Origin: a virus
Lineage: Duplodnaviria; Heunggongvirae; Uroviricota; Caudoviricetes
Length of the DNA stretch: 10,301 bases
Strand: one strand, 5' to 3'
IMG/VR virus record: IMGVR_UViG_2531839668_000006
A model generated the notes under the pieces. That model ran no database searches and was not told where the DNA came from. It saw only the letters and a list, made by a program, of their open reading frames with translations. Both the position numbers and the translations under genes were made by a program. How positions within the stretch are numbered: position 1 is the stretch's first letter; the number at the start of each line of letters is the position of its first letter. Below are positions 1 through 7,220 of the stretch, piece by piece.

Positions 1-213
1 TTTTTTTTTACCAGAAAGTATACTCTCTGCATACTCTGGCTTAATCGATAATAAAACTTTCATCAACACCTCCCTGTAAGACAATCTGCTTAAATGCTGA
101 ATCAGTTAGTGGTAAAAAACCCCAATAATCACTATTGGTATAACCTGTAATATTCATGATTTCATCACGAATAACTCTTTTTTCCAAAGGGAAATTATAA
201 GTAAACCGTATAA

Positions 214-621
214 TTATCGGATAATTTTTTTCATATATAGAAGCTGTAACTCATCTTCATCAAAAACGCTATAAGGTTCACAGTAATTCTTAAATTCCTC
301 ATAAGTTAAGAAATCGTGAATATCTTTAATTTCCTGAACCACACACACTGAAGTTGCAACAGATCTAAACCGAGCTGGACCTTGTCCATCTGAAGTACGA
401 TAAATAAGCAAATTATCTCCAGGCTTTAGGCTGGCTACCCCATGCATTTTTGTTAAGTATACTTTTTCAATACTGTTGGTATGTGATATATCAGCGATGA
501 TACCAGCACTCTCATTGTGGAGTTTTGACTCAGGGAAAAGACGTGTATGCCATGCAGGATAAATACTTAATAGATAATTTCTCCCCTGCAATTTGACTAA
601 GGGATAATTAGCATAGCTCAT
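214..621 (-). CDS. Hypothetical protein (135 aa), second gene of AT-rich cargo cassette; fold unassigned, weak PUA-like/ASCH-like beta-barrel impression
   Basis: ATG at 621..619 preceded by AAGGAG with about 7 nt spacing (reverse complement of 628..633). Visibly AT-rich compared with the phage core. Fold suggestion rests only on loose motifs (LQGR near N-terminus, LKPGDNLL loop). Confidence 0.5.
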   Translation of the reverse strand: MSYANYPLVKLQGRNYLLSIYPAWHTRLFPESKLHNESAGIIADISHTNSIEKVYLTKMHGVASLKPGDNLLIYRTSDGQGPARFRSVATSVCVVQEIKDIHDFLTYEEFKNYCEPYSVFDEDELQLLYMKKIIR

Positions 622-624
622 TTT

Positions 625-1095
625 TTACTCCTTCCATACCAAGTTTTTAAAGTATACACCTTCTTGCCCATTAATCGTAGAAAGATTTTTCCTCGCCTTT
701 AAAACAAAACCATATTTAGTTAATAAGCGAATTAATCCTGAATGCTTATCAAATATAGTAACATATACTTCTTTTAGTTTGTTTCTCATAGCAAATTGAA
801 ACATAATTCTAATAAAACGCTCTCCAAGTTTGGTTCCATGAGCATCGATTTTAAATGTGCCAAGCTTTACTCGCTTCATCTTTGGAAACGTTGGAGTCAT
901 ATCACTCAACTCTTCATCTTCTATTTTCAAATAGAGAAAACCATCGATTTCACCTAATTCATTACGTGATACAAACGCCTTATTTTTACCTTTTGAGAGA
1001 AACCAAACATCAAATCCTTCATAATCAGCTCTTAGGCTGTTAAAAAACGGATCTTTTAAATCGATATCACTAAAAAATTTTTCCTCGATAGACAT
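625..1095 (-). CDS. GNAT-fold (acetyltransferase-like) protein, 156 aa, first gene of AT-rich cargo cassette
   Basis: ATG at 1095..1093 with an upstream AGAGGAA Shine-Dalgarno-like sequence. C-terminal half has GNAT-like topology: VKLGTFKID, an HGTKLGER loop, then EVYVTIFDKHSGLIRLLTKYGF resembling GNAT motif B. Called from motif memory only. Confidence 0.5.
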   Translation of the reverse strand: MSIEEKFFSDIDLKDPFFNSLRADYEGFDVWFLSKGKNKAFVSRNELGEIDGFLYLKIEDEELSDMTPTFPKMKRVKLGTFKIDAHGTKLGERFIRIMFQFAMRNKLKEVYVTIFDKHSGLIRLLTKYGFVLKARKNLSTINGQEGVYFKNLVWKE

Positions 1096-1143
1096 CCAGT
1101 TCCTCTTCTAATGGCAGCGAGCAAGTGACCTTATCCTTACATG

Positions 1144-1170
1144 TTAATAGATAACCACAGCTGTAGGCAA
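1144..1170 (-). promoter_or_regulatory. Candidate sigma70 promoter for the cargo cassette (-35 TTGCCT, -10 TATTAA on - strand) with an 8-bp palindrome ACAGCTGT in the spacer
   Basis: Reverse complement of 1165..1170 is TTGCCT and of 1144..1149 is TATTAA, 15 bp apart, about 45 nt upstream of the ATG at 1095. Palindrome ACAGCTGT lies at 1157..1164. Confidence 0.25.
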
Positions 1171-1271
1171 TTACATACATTAAGCTCTATCAAACAACGA
1201 GCAAACTTAAGCACCGCTACAACTCAACCTAGCTGATGCCTGTTTTGACGATTACCCTATCAGCGCGCGCT

Positions 1272-1290
1272 CGTATCCCCGCCACGCCTG
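1272..1290. other. cos-like GC-rich core resembling the P2/186 cohesive-end sequence
   Basis: Reverse complement of 1272..1290 is GGCGTGGCGGGGATACGAG. As I recall them, the 19-nt cohesive ends are GGCGAGGCGGGGAAAGCAC (P2) and GGCGTGGCGGGGAAAGCAT (186), so the first 13 nt match the 186 form. Position (after the SOS operon and cargo) fits a P2-like prophage map. Recalled sequences are unverified. Confidence 0.4.
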
Positions 1291-1333
1291 CCCGCTTTAT
1301 GTAGTGGTTTTCATGCACCTGCATGATCTACGC

Positions 1334-1357
1334 AAAAGCCCGCCAGAACTGGCGGGC
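1334..1357 (-). terminator. Rho-independent terminator on the - strand, downstream of the lipoprotein gene
   Basis: GC-rich inverted repeat GCCCGCCAG (1338..1346) / CTGGCGGGC (1349..1357); the - strand transcript then reads UUUU (plus-strand AAAA at 1334..1337). Confidence 0.5.
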
Positions 1358-1461
1358 CTTAACACAAAAGATCCTCAAACGATCATGCGATCTCATGCAG
1401 CATAGACATGCGCGTTTATGCAGAATGTGCAAAATCGTAACATACTCAGCAAGCGTGAAAC

Positions 1462-2139
1462 CTAGAACGTGACAGCCTTGTCAAAGCCAGAAATAATTGT
1501 ATAAGAAATAGACGAGTTATCAGCCTTGTTCACTTTGAACTTGGCACCTTTGTAAGCGATAACGTCACTTCCCTTAGAATCTACAGAAAAATCTGTTGTA
1601 AATGCTGCACGAGCCATATCGTTTGCAAATTCACGATAGGTGAACTTCATTACACCGCCTGCATTTCCATTGTATTCGATAGTCTTAACCAATGAGTTAC
1701 TAACTCGACACAGCCCATCAGGAACACGTTTGATAGAAATTTCTGATGCAGTATAAGAAGTACCATTTGGCGGTGATATCTCATTTTTTGCAGCATCGTA
1801 ACTAACATAATCAACATAGTTACCGATTTGCCCATAGAGATTTTTTAACGCAACAGCTTGAGGGTTATGATAATTGCGGTAAATTCCATTCCCCTCACTG
1901 CAATATGTACCAGCAGCGATAGAAGACAATGCACCATTAGCCGCACCAAGTTCTAGTACGTCCGTTTTAAATCCAGTAGCAGATGTGATAATGGGATCGC
2001 CCATGTAGGCGGTAGCACTTTGCCCAATAGCAGGCTTCACCACTTCAATAGCAGTGATATTTCGGTTAGAAGCATGTGGCACGCAACCAGTTAGGATTAC
2101 AGCAAGAGATATTGGTAACGCTACATTATTAATTTTCAT
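1462..2139 (-). CDS. Predicted lipoprotein, 225 aa, unknown function (cargo between SOS operon and cos-like site)
   Basis: Internal ATG at 2139..2137 gives MKINNVALPISLAVILTGC, a typical lipoprotein signal peptide with lipobox LTGC. Mature part is Ser/Thr/Asn/Gly-rich. The longer ORF from 2193 would bury the signal peptide. Confidence 0.7.
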   Translation of the reverse strand: MKINNVALPISLAVILTGCVPHASNRNITAIEVVKPAIGQSATAYMGDPIITSATGFKTDVLELGAANGALSSIAAGTYCSEGNGIYRNYHNPQAVALKNLYGQIGNYVDYVSYDAAKNEISPPNGTSYTASEISIKRVPDGLCRVSNSLVKTIEYNGNAGGVMKFTYREFANDMARAAFTTDFSVDSKGSDVIAYKGAKFKVNKADNSSISYTIISGFDKAVTF

Positions 2140-2162
2140 TTTTAGCCTATTATTCTTTTCTT

Positions 2163-2197
2163 GACAAAAAACAAGGCGATATCTGATTGACATCGCC
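2163..2197 (-). terminator. Candidate Rho-independent terminator of the SOS operon (- strand)
   Basis: Stem GGCGAT (2175..2180) / ATCGCC (2192..2197), extendable by a wobble pair; the - strand RNA continues UUGUUUUUUGU (plus-strand A-run 2165..2173). Stem is short, loop about 11 nt. Confidence 0.4.
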
Positions 2198-2252
2198 TCT
2201 CACTCATATGTAACCCTTTTTGATTAGTAAAAACAAGCGTCTATTGACAAAA

Positions 2253-2486
2253 TCAATGCAGCCAGCTGTCGTCTTCCCACACCTTCTGCATAATTTTCAT
2301 CACTTGTTTTCTTTCTTCGTCCAGTTGCAGTCCGGTCAGTTCCACACCGTTAGAGCTACCTTTACGGATACGGATTACCGTTTTGGGATACAGGGGGCGC
2401 AGATTGCGGTAAAGCTCGGATTCAAGGGCGTCCAGGGTAGACTGGCTAATCTTCTGCTCTTTATCGATCATTATTTCAATGCGCAT
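2253..2486 (-). CDS. dinI: DinI-family protein (77 aa)
   Basis: From the internal ATG at 2486..2484 the product MRIEIMIDK...LDALESEL...ERKQVMKIMQKVWEDDSWLH aligns along its length with E. coli DinI as recalled (MRIEVTIAK...IDALAGEL...QETWESADDW). GAGGTG lies 6 nt upstream of the ATG. Confidence 0.85.
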   Translation of the reverse strand: MRIEIMIDKEQKISQSTLDALESELYRNLRPLYPKTVIRIRKGSSNGVELTGLQLDEERKQVMKIMQKVWEDDSWLH

Positions 2487-2496
2487 AAAAGTCACC

Positions 2497-2685
2497 TCAG
2501 TTGATGACATCCATTGAGCGGTTGTATTCGTGGCTTCTGATTTTTGCCATGAGTTCATCAGTCAATTCAGAAACCCACTGCAGAGCCAGCCCCTTCTCTT
2601 CATCACTACACTCACTAGCCGCTACAAGCTTAAGAAAAAAATCAATGCGCTGGAGCTTCAAAGACTCCAAAAAATAGTCCTGCAT
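2497..2685 (-). CDS. Small protein (62 aa), first gene of the LexA-controlled operon; positional analogue of the 186 Tum antirepressor
   Basis: ATG at 2685..2683 with a strong AGGAGG about 6 nt upstream (reverse complement of 2692..2697). Sits directly downstream of a LexA-box promoter and 10 nt upstream of the DinI-like gene. No family recognised from the sequence. Confidence 0.55.
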   Translation of the reverse strand: MQDYFLESLKLQRIDFFLKLVAASECSDEEKGLALQWVSELTDELMAKIRSHEYNRSMDVIN

Positions 2686-2726
2686 CTTTCCTCCTATGAC
2701 ACCACACGCAATACTGTATGCATAAC

Positions 2727-2769
2727 CACTGTTTATATTTACAGTATATAATAATCTTACTGATGTAAA
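2727..2769 (-). promoter_or_regulatory. SOS promoter with LexA operator (CTGT-N8-ACAG) overlapping the -10 element
   Basis: 2727..2746 reads caCTGTttatatttACAGta, matching the LexA box consensus TACTGT(AT)4ACAGTA. On the - strand a -35 TTTACA (2769..2764) and -10 TATACT (2748..2743) put the operator across the -10 and start site. A CTGT half-site also lies at 2714..2717. Confidence 0.7.
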
Positions 2770-2838
2770 ACGTTTTTTTACGCTTATCAGCCTGATATGC
2801 CTGGTATTATTAAGAGCACGAATTGTTAACCAGCGTAA

Positions 2839-5253
2839 TTAATACAGGTTCCGCCACTTATCATCTTCCTGCAAACGCTGGTTCCGATAGAAGATACGCA
2901 GGCCTGCTCCTGACGGAATACTGCCGCCGCGAAGGAGTAAATCGACCTCTTTCTCGCTGCCATCAAATCCTCTGGATTTCAGTTCATAGACGAGCTGCTG
3001 TCGTTGATGGTCTGTAATTCGCTGTTTGTAGTCTCTACGCCGTTTCGGTTTCACCAGACGTAACCTTGCAGCCAATTCCCGGCGCTCCTTTTTGTTCATA
3101 CTGTGCAGGTAATCGTGCAACACCTTGTCATCCATGCGGGTAATGTCCGTTCTGGGGTCCCCATCAGCTGATTTATCTTTCTCCTGTTGGTTCAAATTTT
3201 CAGCAAGGGGACAGTTATTGCCACGAGTCCAAGGGGCGCAAGCGCCCTGGTCGGCTGCCGCCTCCTGAACGTCAACGGCCTTACGAACCATTTTCCACTT
3301 CACGGCATGAGTGCAGATCTTGCCCTCTGCAATAGGTGACCAGATGCCATAAATACGAATGCCGTGATCGCCATAGGCGGTCGGCTCTTCGTTGATTTCA
3401 TAAGCAGTTCTGATGAGGTGATATTTGCGGGGAACCAGTACGCCACCCTGCTTCATGATGTAGGTGGCAAAACAACCAGCATCAGCAGCAGCCAGAATGG
3501 CATCAAGGCGCGGGTTATCCAGTACCGGCGCACCTGCTTTTTTGTCCCCCTGTTGCCTTGCCGCCTGACCAGCCAGCAATCGCAGTTCACGGTAAGCCTG
3601 ACGCCCCGGAATGCCAAAGAAGCGGAATTGCTGAACACGATGCAGAGACGCCCAGGCATTAACGTATTCAGCATTATCACGCAGGGATTTCCCCGTTTCC
3701 TTGCTGATCTCGCCAGCCAGACCACGCCCGTCAATGTTCTTACTGATGTATTTCGCGATGTAGCTTGTTGGCGTACCTTTGCGCGGGTTAATCAACTCAG
3801 ACTTAAAGCGCGGCCCAGTGTTATTGCCCAGCTCCTCGCGGTCTTCACGGATGGCAAACTTACGCAGTAATGCAGTGATGGTGCGGCGGTCTTTTTTGCG
3901 CATAAAACACAACAGGTGCCAGTGAACTGTACCGTCATGATGCGGCTCAGCCACCCGCACGCCATACCACCGCAATCCGGCTTTGTGCATCGCCTTACGA
4001 AATGCAGCAAACATGCCGACCAGATAATCACTGCTTTGTCTTACCGTCGCATTTGTCCAGGTTGGGTTGGGCCTGCCGTTATTTAGCGTGGAATGGAAAC
4101 GTGACGGACAGGTGATGGTGTAGAAAACGGCGCAGTCACCGCGCATTTCCGCGATAAGCTCCAGACCTTTAACACAGGCCATCATCTCATTGCGGCGATG
4201 CGCTGGGTTGCTGCTGCTGGCGTTTACCACATCCTCCATGTCCAGCGTGTCGCCGTCTTCGTTCACCAGTTCATGAGAACGGAAAAACTCCAGCGACTTA
4301 CGGCGCTGCTCACGTTTATGCATCACGGCTTCATAGCTGACATAAGGAGATGCTTTTTTGCTGACAAGGCAGACTGCACGCAACTGCTCTTCCCGCCATT
4401 CGCAACGCATCTTCCATAATTTCCGATACCACCAGTCGGCGCACAACATACGCGCCAGCGAACCCGGAATGAGTTCATAGGGCACGGGTTTACGGCGGTT
4501 TCTTTTCCGACGGAGTTGCTCAAACGCAGGCGGGATGACATCCAGACGCAGGGTTTCCGCTGCCACCCTTTCCCATGTATTGCGGATTTCTTCTGGCTTA
4601 ACGTCATCGGTGGCATACAAATCGCCACAAGCGGCATCAAGGCACATACTCATATGCGCAGCTACCAGGGTGGACAGGCGTTTCACCTGATCCTGACTCA
4701 TTTCAGGCAGGATCAGCAGGCCGTCCAGCCCTTCATGGCTTGCCATAAAGCGAAAAGATGCAGATAGCTGACTGTCGCGTACATGCTCCAGTCGTTCCAG
4801 ACATGGCTTAATCGTCTCACGTAAATAGCGGGAATAAGCCTTTGGCCTGCCCAGGCTGCTGAAGTATTCAATACGTTGCATCAGCGGCTTGCTGATATGG
4901 GAAGGCTGGGCGTTGACGTCCGCCAGAATGACCATATCCGGATTAAAACGCTGCTGCTCATGCGCCAGCTTTGCCCGACTAATGAGCTTATCCTGTTCCA
5001 TTTCGCGCTGGACAGGATCACGGGATTCATTAAAGAAATAACGCTCCCAGACCTGATCACTCAGCGCCTCACGGCGCAGCTGTTCCTGCTCGTTATCGGC
5101 AGCGTACAGAGTGATCAGGTTTGAAAGCGTAGAAACCGGCGCAACTTCCACCGGGTCCAGATAAGGGTTAATGGCCTTTTTCGGGCTGTTCCATGAGAAC
5201 GATGCGGCAGCTTCGTTAAAGCCGCAGCAGTTGTTCATATCGGCATGACTCAT
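2839..5253 (-). CDS. A: P2 gpA-type rolling-circle replication initiator (804 aa)
   Basis: Contains an HUH-type motif VHWHLL (codons at about 3916..3924) and paired active-site tyrosines SYIAKYISK (Tyr codons 3762..3760 and 3750..3748), as in phiX174/P2 gpA. Start ATG at 5253..5251 overlaps the Dam stop codon (ATGA). Confidence 0.9.
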   Translation of the reverse strand: MSHADMNNCCGFNEAAASFSWNSPKKAINPYLDPVEVAPVSTLSNLITLYAADNEQEQLRREALSDQVWERYFFNESRDPVQREMEQDKLISRAKLAHEQQRFNPDMVILADVNAQPSHISKPLMQRIEYFSSLGRPKAYSRYLRETIKPCLERLEHVRDSQLSASFRFMASHEGLDGLLILPEMSQDQVKRLSTLVAAHMSMCLDAACGDLYATDDVKPEEIRNTWERVAAETLRLDVIPPAFEQLRRKRNRRKPVPYELIPGSLARMLCADWWYRKLWKMRCEWREEQLRAVCLVSKKASPYVSYEAVMHKREQRRKSLEFFRSHELVNEDGDTLDMEDVVNASSSNPAHRRNEMMACVKGLELIAEMRGDCAVFYTITCPSRFHSTLNNGRPNPTWTNATVRQSSDYLVGMFAAFRKAMHKAGLRWYGVRVAEPHHDGTVHWHLLCFMRKKDRRTITALLRKFAIREDREELGNNTGPRFKSELINPRKGTPTSYIAKYISKNIDGRGLAGEISKETGKSLRDNAEYVNAWASLHRVQQFRFFGIPGRQAYRELRLLAGQAARQQGDKKAGAPVLDNPRLDAILAAADAGCFATYIMKQGGVLVPRKYHLIRTAYEINEEPTAYGDHGIRIYGIWSPIAEGKICTHAVKWKMVRKAVDVQEAAADQGACAPWTRGNNCPLAENLNQQEKDKSADGDPRTDITRMDDKVLHDYLHSMNKKERRELAARLRLVKPKRRRDYKQRITDHQRQQLVYELKSRGFDGSEKEVDLLLRGGSIPSGAGLRIFYRNQRLQEDDKWRNLY

Positions 5254-6107
5254 GCACGTACTCCGTACACGGCAGAACTATCCACGCCACGCGAATAATC
5301 AAATCCCACCCAGCAGCGCGGCCCGGAAACAGCAATGATTTCTGTTGCTGATTTACCCTCGCCAGCTGCCACACCGATGCTGCGTTTTGCCTTGATGTAG
5401 TGGTGAGTAAAATTGCGATACAGCGAACGGATCAGGGATGTGTCACTGTTAGAAACAATGACCGGATGTCCTTCTGATGACCGATGTTCAAGAACAGATG
5501 CCAGGTGATACTGGTCATCTTCAGTGAAGCCGTCAGTGTGATAGCCGGAAAACGTACCGTCATACGGCGGATCGCAATACACCACATCCCCCGCCTTCAA
5601 CATCGCCAGCGTTTCATCAAAGCTGGCGCAGATAAACGTTGCTCGCTGGGCCTTTTCTGCAAATGCGCGAATTTCTTTTTCAGGGAAATACGGATTTTTA
5701 TAATTACCGTAGGGAATGTTGAAATGCCCGCTCTTGTTATAGCGACATAAACCACGGTAACCGTGACGATTGAGATACAGGAAATATACCGCTTTCATGA
5801 AATCAGTAATTTCAGTTGAGTAATTAAACTCCTGCCTTATGTTGTAATAAGCCACCTCCCTGTTTGCGATCTCAAATAAAACTCTGGCGCGAGATATAAA
5901 CGATTCACAATCAGCGGCAACCTTTTTATAGAGGTTGATTAAATCAGGATTAATATCCGCAACCAGATAGCTGGGATAATCCGTCTCCATCATCACAGCA
6001 CAGGAACCCGCGAAAGGTTCAACCAGTCGCGGGCCAGCAGGAAGATGTTTTTTCAGTTCGGACATTATGGCAGTTTTATTTCCCGCCCATTTCAGGATGG
6101 TGCTCAT
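5250..6107 (-). CDS. dam: DNA adenine methyltransferase, Dam/D12 class (285 aa from internal start)
   Basis: Motifs [18 protein letters not shown] (AdoMet binding) and DPPY (catalytic). Preferred start is the ATG at 6107..6105, preceded by GGAGGTG and overlapping the TraR-like stop (ATGA); the longer ORF from 6167 overlaps the upstream gene. Confidence 0.9.
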   Translation of the reverse strand: MSTILKWAGNKTAIMSELKKHLPAGPRLVEPFAGSCAVMMETDYPSYLVADINPDLINLYKKVAADCESFISRARVLFEIANREVAYYNIRQEFNYSTEITDFMKAVYFLYLNRHGYRGLCRYNKSGHFNIPYGNYKNPYFPEKEIRAFAEKAQRATFICASFDETLAMLKAGDVVYCDPPYDGTFSGYHTDGFTEDDQYHLASVLEHRSSEGHPVIVSNSDTSLIRSLYRNFTHHYIKAKRSIGVAAGEGKSATEIIAVSGPRCWVGFDYSRGVDSSAVYGVRA

Positions 6108-6331
6108 ACAGCACCTCCGTTGTAATGTTTGCCTTTCAGCTCTGCGATTTCCTGACAGGTAATGCAAAGCTGCACACCCGGAATGGCACGGCGGCGTGCT
6201 GGCGGAATTGGCGCTTCACACTCAATGCAAAGCACGCGGGACACGCCCGGCGTTTTGGCACGGGCAGCACGGATATGGCGTTGGCGTTCTTCTTCAACGC
6301 GCTGCTGTACGAGATCCATTGCATCAGCCAT
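6104..6331 (-). CDS. TraR/DksA-family C4 zinc-finger protein (75 aa)
   Basis: CIEC...(16 residues)...CITC zinc-finger spacing typical of phage TraR/DksA-like proteins. Start ATG at 6331..6329 overlaps the upstream stop (TAATG). Confidence 0.8.
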   Translation of the reverse strand: MADAMDLVQQRVEEERQRHIRAARAKTPGVSRVLCIECEAPIPPARRRAIPGVQLCITCQEIAELKGKHYNGGAV

Positions 6332-6564
6332 TAGTGGATCTCCTGCGCTTCGTTCTGGATTGCTTCAGCAGTCACACGAAGCAGTTCTGCCGCTTCGACG
6401 TGGGTTAGCTGGCGGGATGTGATATGACACGCCAGGCTATCAAGGCGAGCTGCCATTGCTTCAGCCCTTGCCCGGCGTTCTTCCAGACGAGCCTCTGTCA
6501 GTAAAATATTAAGCCCTGCGTCATCCGGTCCGGTTTTGGTCGAGAGGGTTTCAATATTACGCAT
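6331..6564 (-). CDS. Hypothetical early-operon protein (77 aa)
   Basis: ATG at 6564..6562 preceded by AGGAGA with 7 nt spacing; the ORF-track start at 6570 is a TTG. Acidic, Ala/Arg-rich and probably helical. Position matches the small orf80-83 block of P2-like phages. Confidence 0.55.
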   Translation of the reverse strand: MRNIETLSTKTGPDDAGLNILLTEARLEERRARAEAMAARLDSLACHITSRQLTHVEAAELLRVTAEAIQNEAQEIH

Positions 6565-6631
6565 AATCAATTCTCCTGAATTTAGATAAAGGGATGCCCG
6601 GCGGGTTTACGCCATTAATTTCATTGGTTGG

Positions 6632-6973
6632 TTAATTCGGCATGGTTAGCCGTCTGGGAAATAAGCTCACCACTGCACGAAAATGATTCATTGCTTTAAT
6701 CAACTCCCGCTTTTCGTCAGTGGTCAGCTCATTAATGCTGATGCTATGACGTTCAGCTGGAATTTTTGCCATAAAGAATATGGCAGCCAGTGCCCGTTTA
6801 TTTTGTTCGTTATTGATATCCCGTGGATCACGCATATCTTTAATAAACCGCTCAAGCTCTGACTCAATATTCAGGCCAAATACTTTCGCCCTTAATTCCG
6901 CAATGTGATTAAGTCCATTCAGGCGTTCTCCGGGGCTTAATGGAACAGTCGCCGCAGCGCCATTAATTGCCAT
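6632..6973 (-). CDS. Hypothetical early-operon protein (113 aa)
   Basis: ATG at 6973..6971 with a GGGGGA Shine-Dalgarno-like sequence 8 nt upstream; same orientation and tight spacing as neighbours. No family recognised. Confidence 0.6.
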   Translation of the reverse strand: MAINGAAATVPLSPGERLNGLNHIAELRAKVFGLNIESELERFIKDMRDPRDINNEQNKRALAAIFFMAKIPAERHSISINELTTDEKRELIKAMNHFRAVVSLFPRRLTMPN

Positions 6974-6995
6974 ACTTCATATCCCCCAAACGCAC

Positions 6996-7220
6996 CTATC
7001 GTTCTTTGTTCTTACGGTAACGCTCAAGGGGAGATACATTTTTTCGTACCGTCTCTTTAACCTGCTCTCCCCGTAAAAACGTCCCATCCTTTAGCGTGAA
7101 AAAGTAACTGCCATCGCCCGACAACGACGGATAACAACAGAGCAAATCATCTTCAGGTACTGAATAACTCTCCCCTCTGTAACAAAACTGATAAACCACT
7201 TCACTTTCCGCTGCATACAT
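6996..7220 (-). CDS. Hypothetical small protein (74 aa)
   Basis: ATG at 7220..7218 with an upstream GGAGA. Protein-like composition (MYAAESEVVYQFCYRGESYSVPEDD...). Overlaps the 3' part of the Fil-like frame. Confidence 0.45.
   Translation of the reverse strand: MYAAESEVVYQFCYRGESYSVPEDDLLCCYPSLSGDGSYFFTLKDGTFLRGEQVKETVRKNVSPLERYRKNKER

Noticed and set aside
1-40. T9 run followed by an imperfect palindrome (CCAGAAAGTATAC ... GCATACTCTGG) at the window edge
   Set aside because: The T-run precedes the hairpin on the + strand and becomes an A-run after it on the - strand, so it is not a canonical terminator in either direction. The stem is imperfect and the feature is cut by the window edge.
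41-157. 38-aa - strand small ORF downstream of the cargo cassette
   Set aside because: No convincing Shine-Dalgarno sequence, very short, no recognisable features; cannot be supported from sequence alone.
855-1043. 62-aa + strand ORF inside the GNAT-like gene
   Set aside because: Antisense shadow ORF with no ribosome-binding site; the opposite strand has the coherent gene.
1650-1835. 61-aa - strand ORF inside the lipoprotein gene
   Set aside because: Alternative frame of a gene with a clear signal peptide and consistent composition.
2220-2504. 94-aa + strand ORF, and the 73-aa + ORF at 2530..2751
   Set aside because: Antisense to the DinI-like gene and to the 62-aa ORF and LexA promoter; no ribosome-binding site and junk-like composition.
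2766-2785. AT-rich palindrome AAAACGTTTT downstream of the A gene
   Set aside because: The stem is all A/T with two central G/C and too weak for a terminator; more likely part of the SOS promoter upstream region.
3364-3870. 168-aa + strand ORF, and other + or - strand ORFs inside 2839..5253 (2823..3017, 3453..3734, 3792..4031, 4198..4419, 4323..4640, 4516..4767, 4876..5124)
   Set aside because: All lie within the 804-aa A gene in antisense or alternative frames. A has diagnostic motifs; these have low-complexity, Arg/Cys-rich translations typical of shadow ORFs.
5484-5750. 88-aa + strand ORF inside the Dam gene
   Set aside because: Antisense to a gene with intact methyltransferase motifs.
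6125-6422. Four GC-rich overlapping ORFs (+ 6125..6334, + 6162..6422, + 6196..6408, - 6136..6324)
   Set aside because: They overlap the TraR-like and orf77 genes in other frames or strands; Arg/Ala-rich translations typical of GC-rich off-frames. The zinc-finger frame is the credible one.
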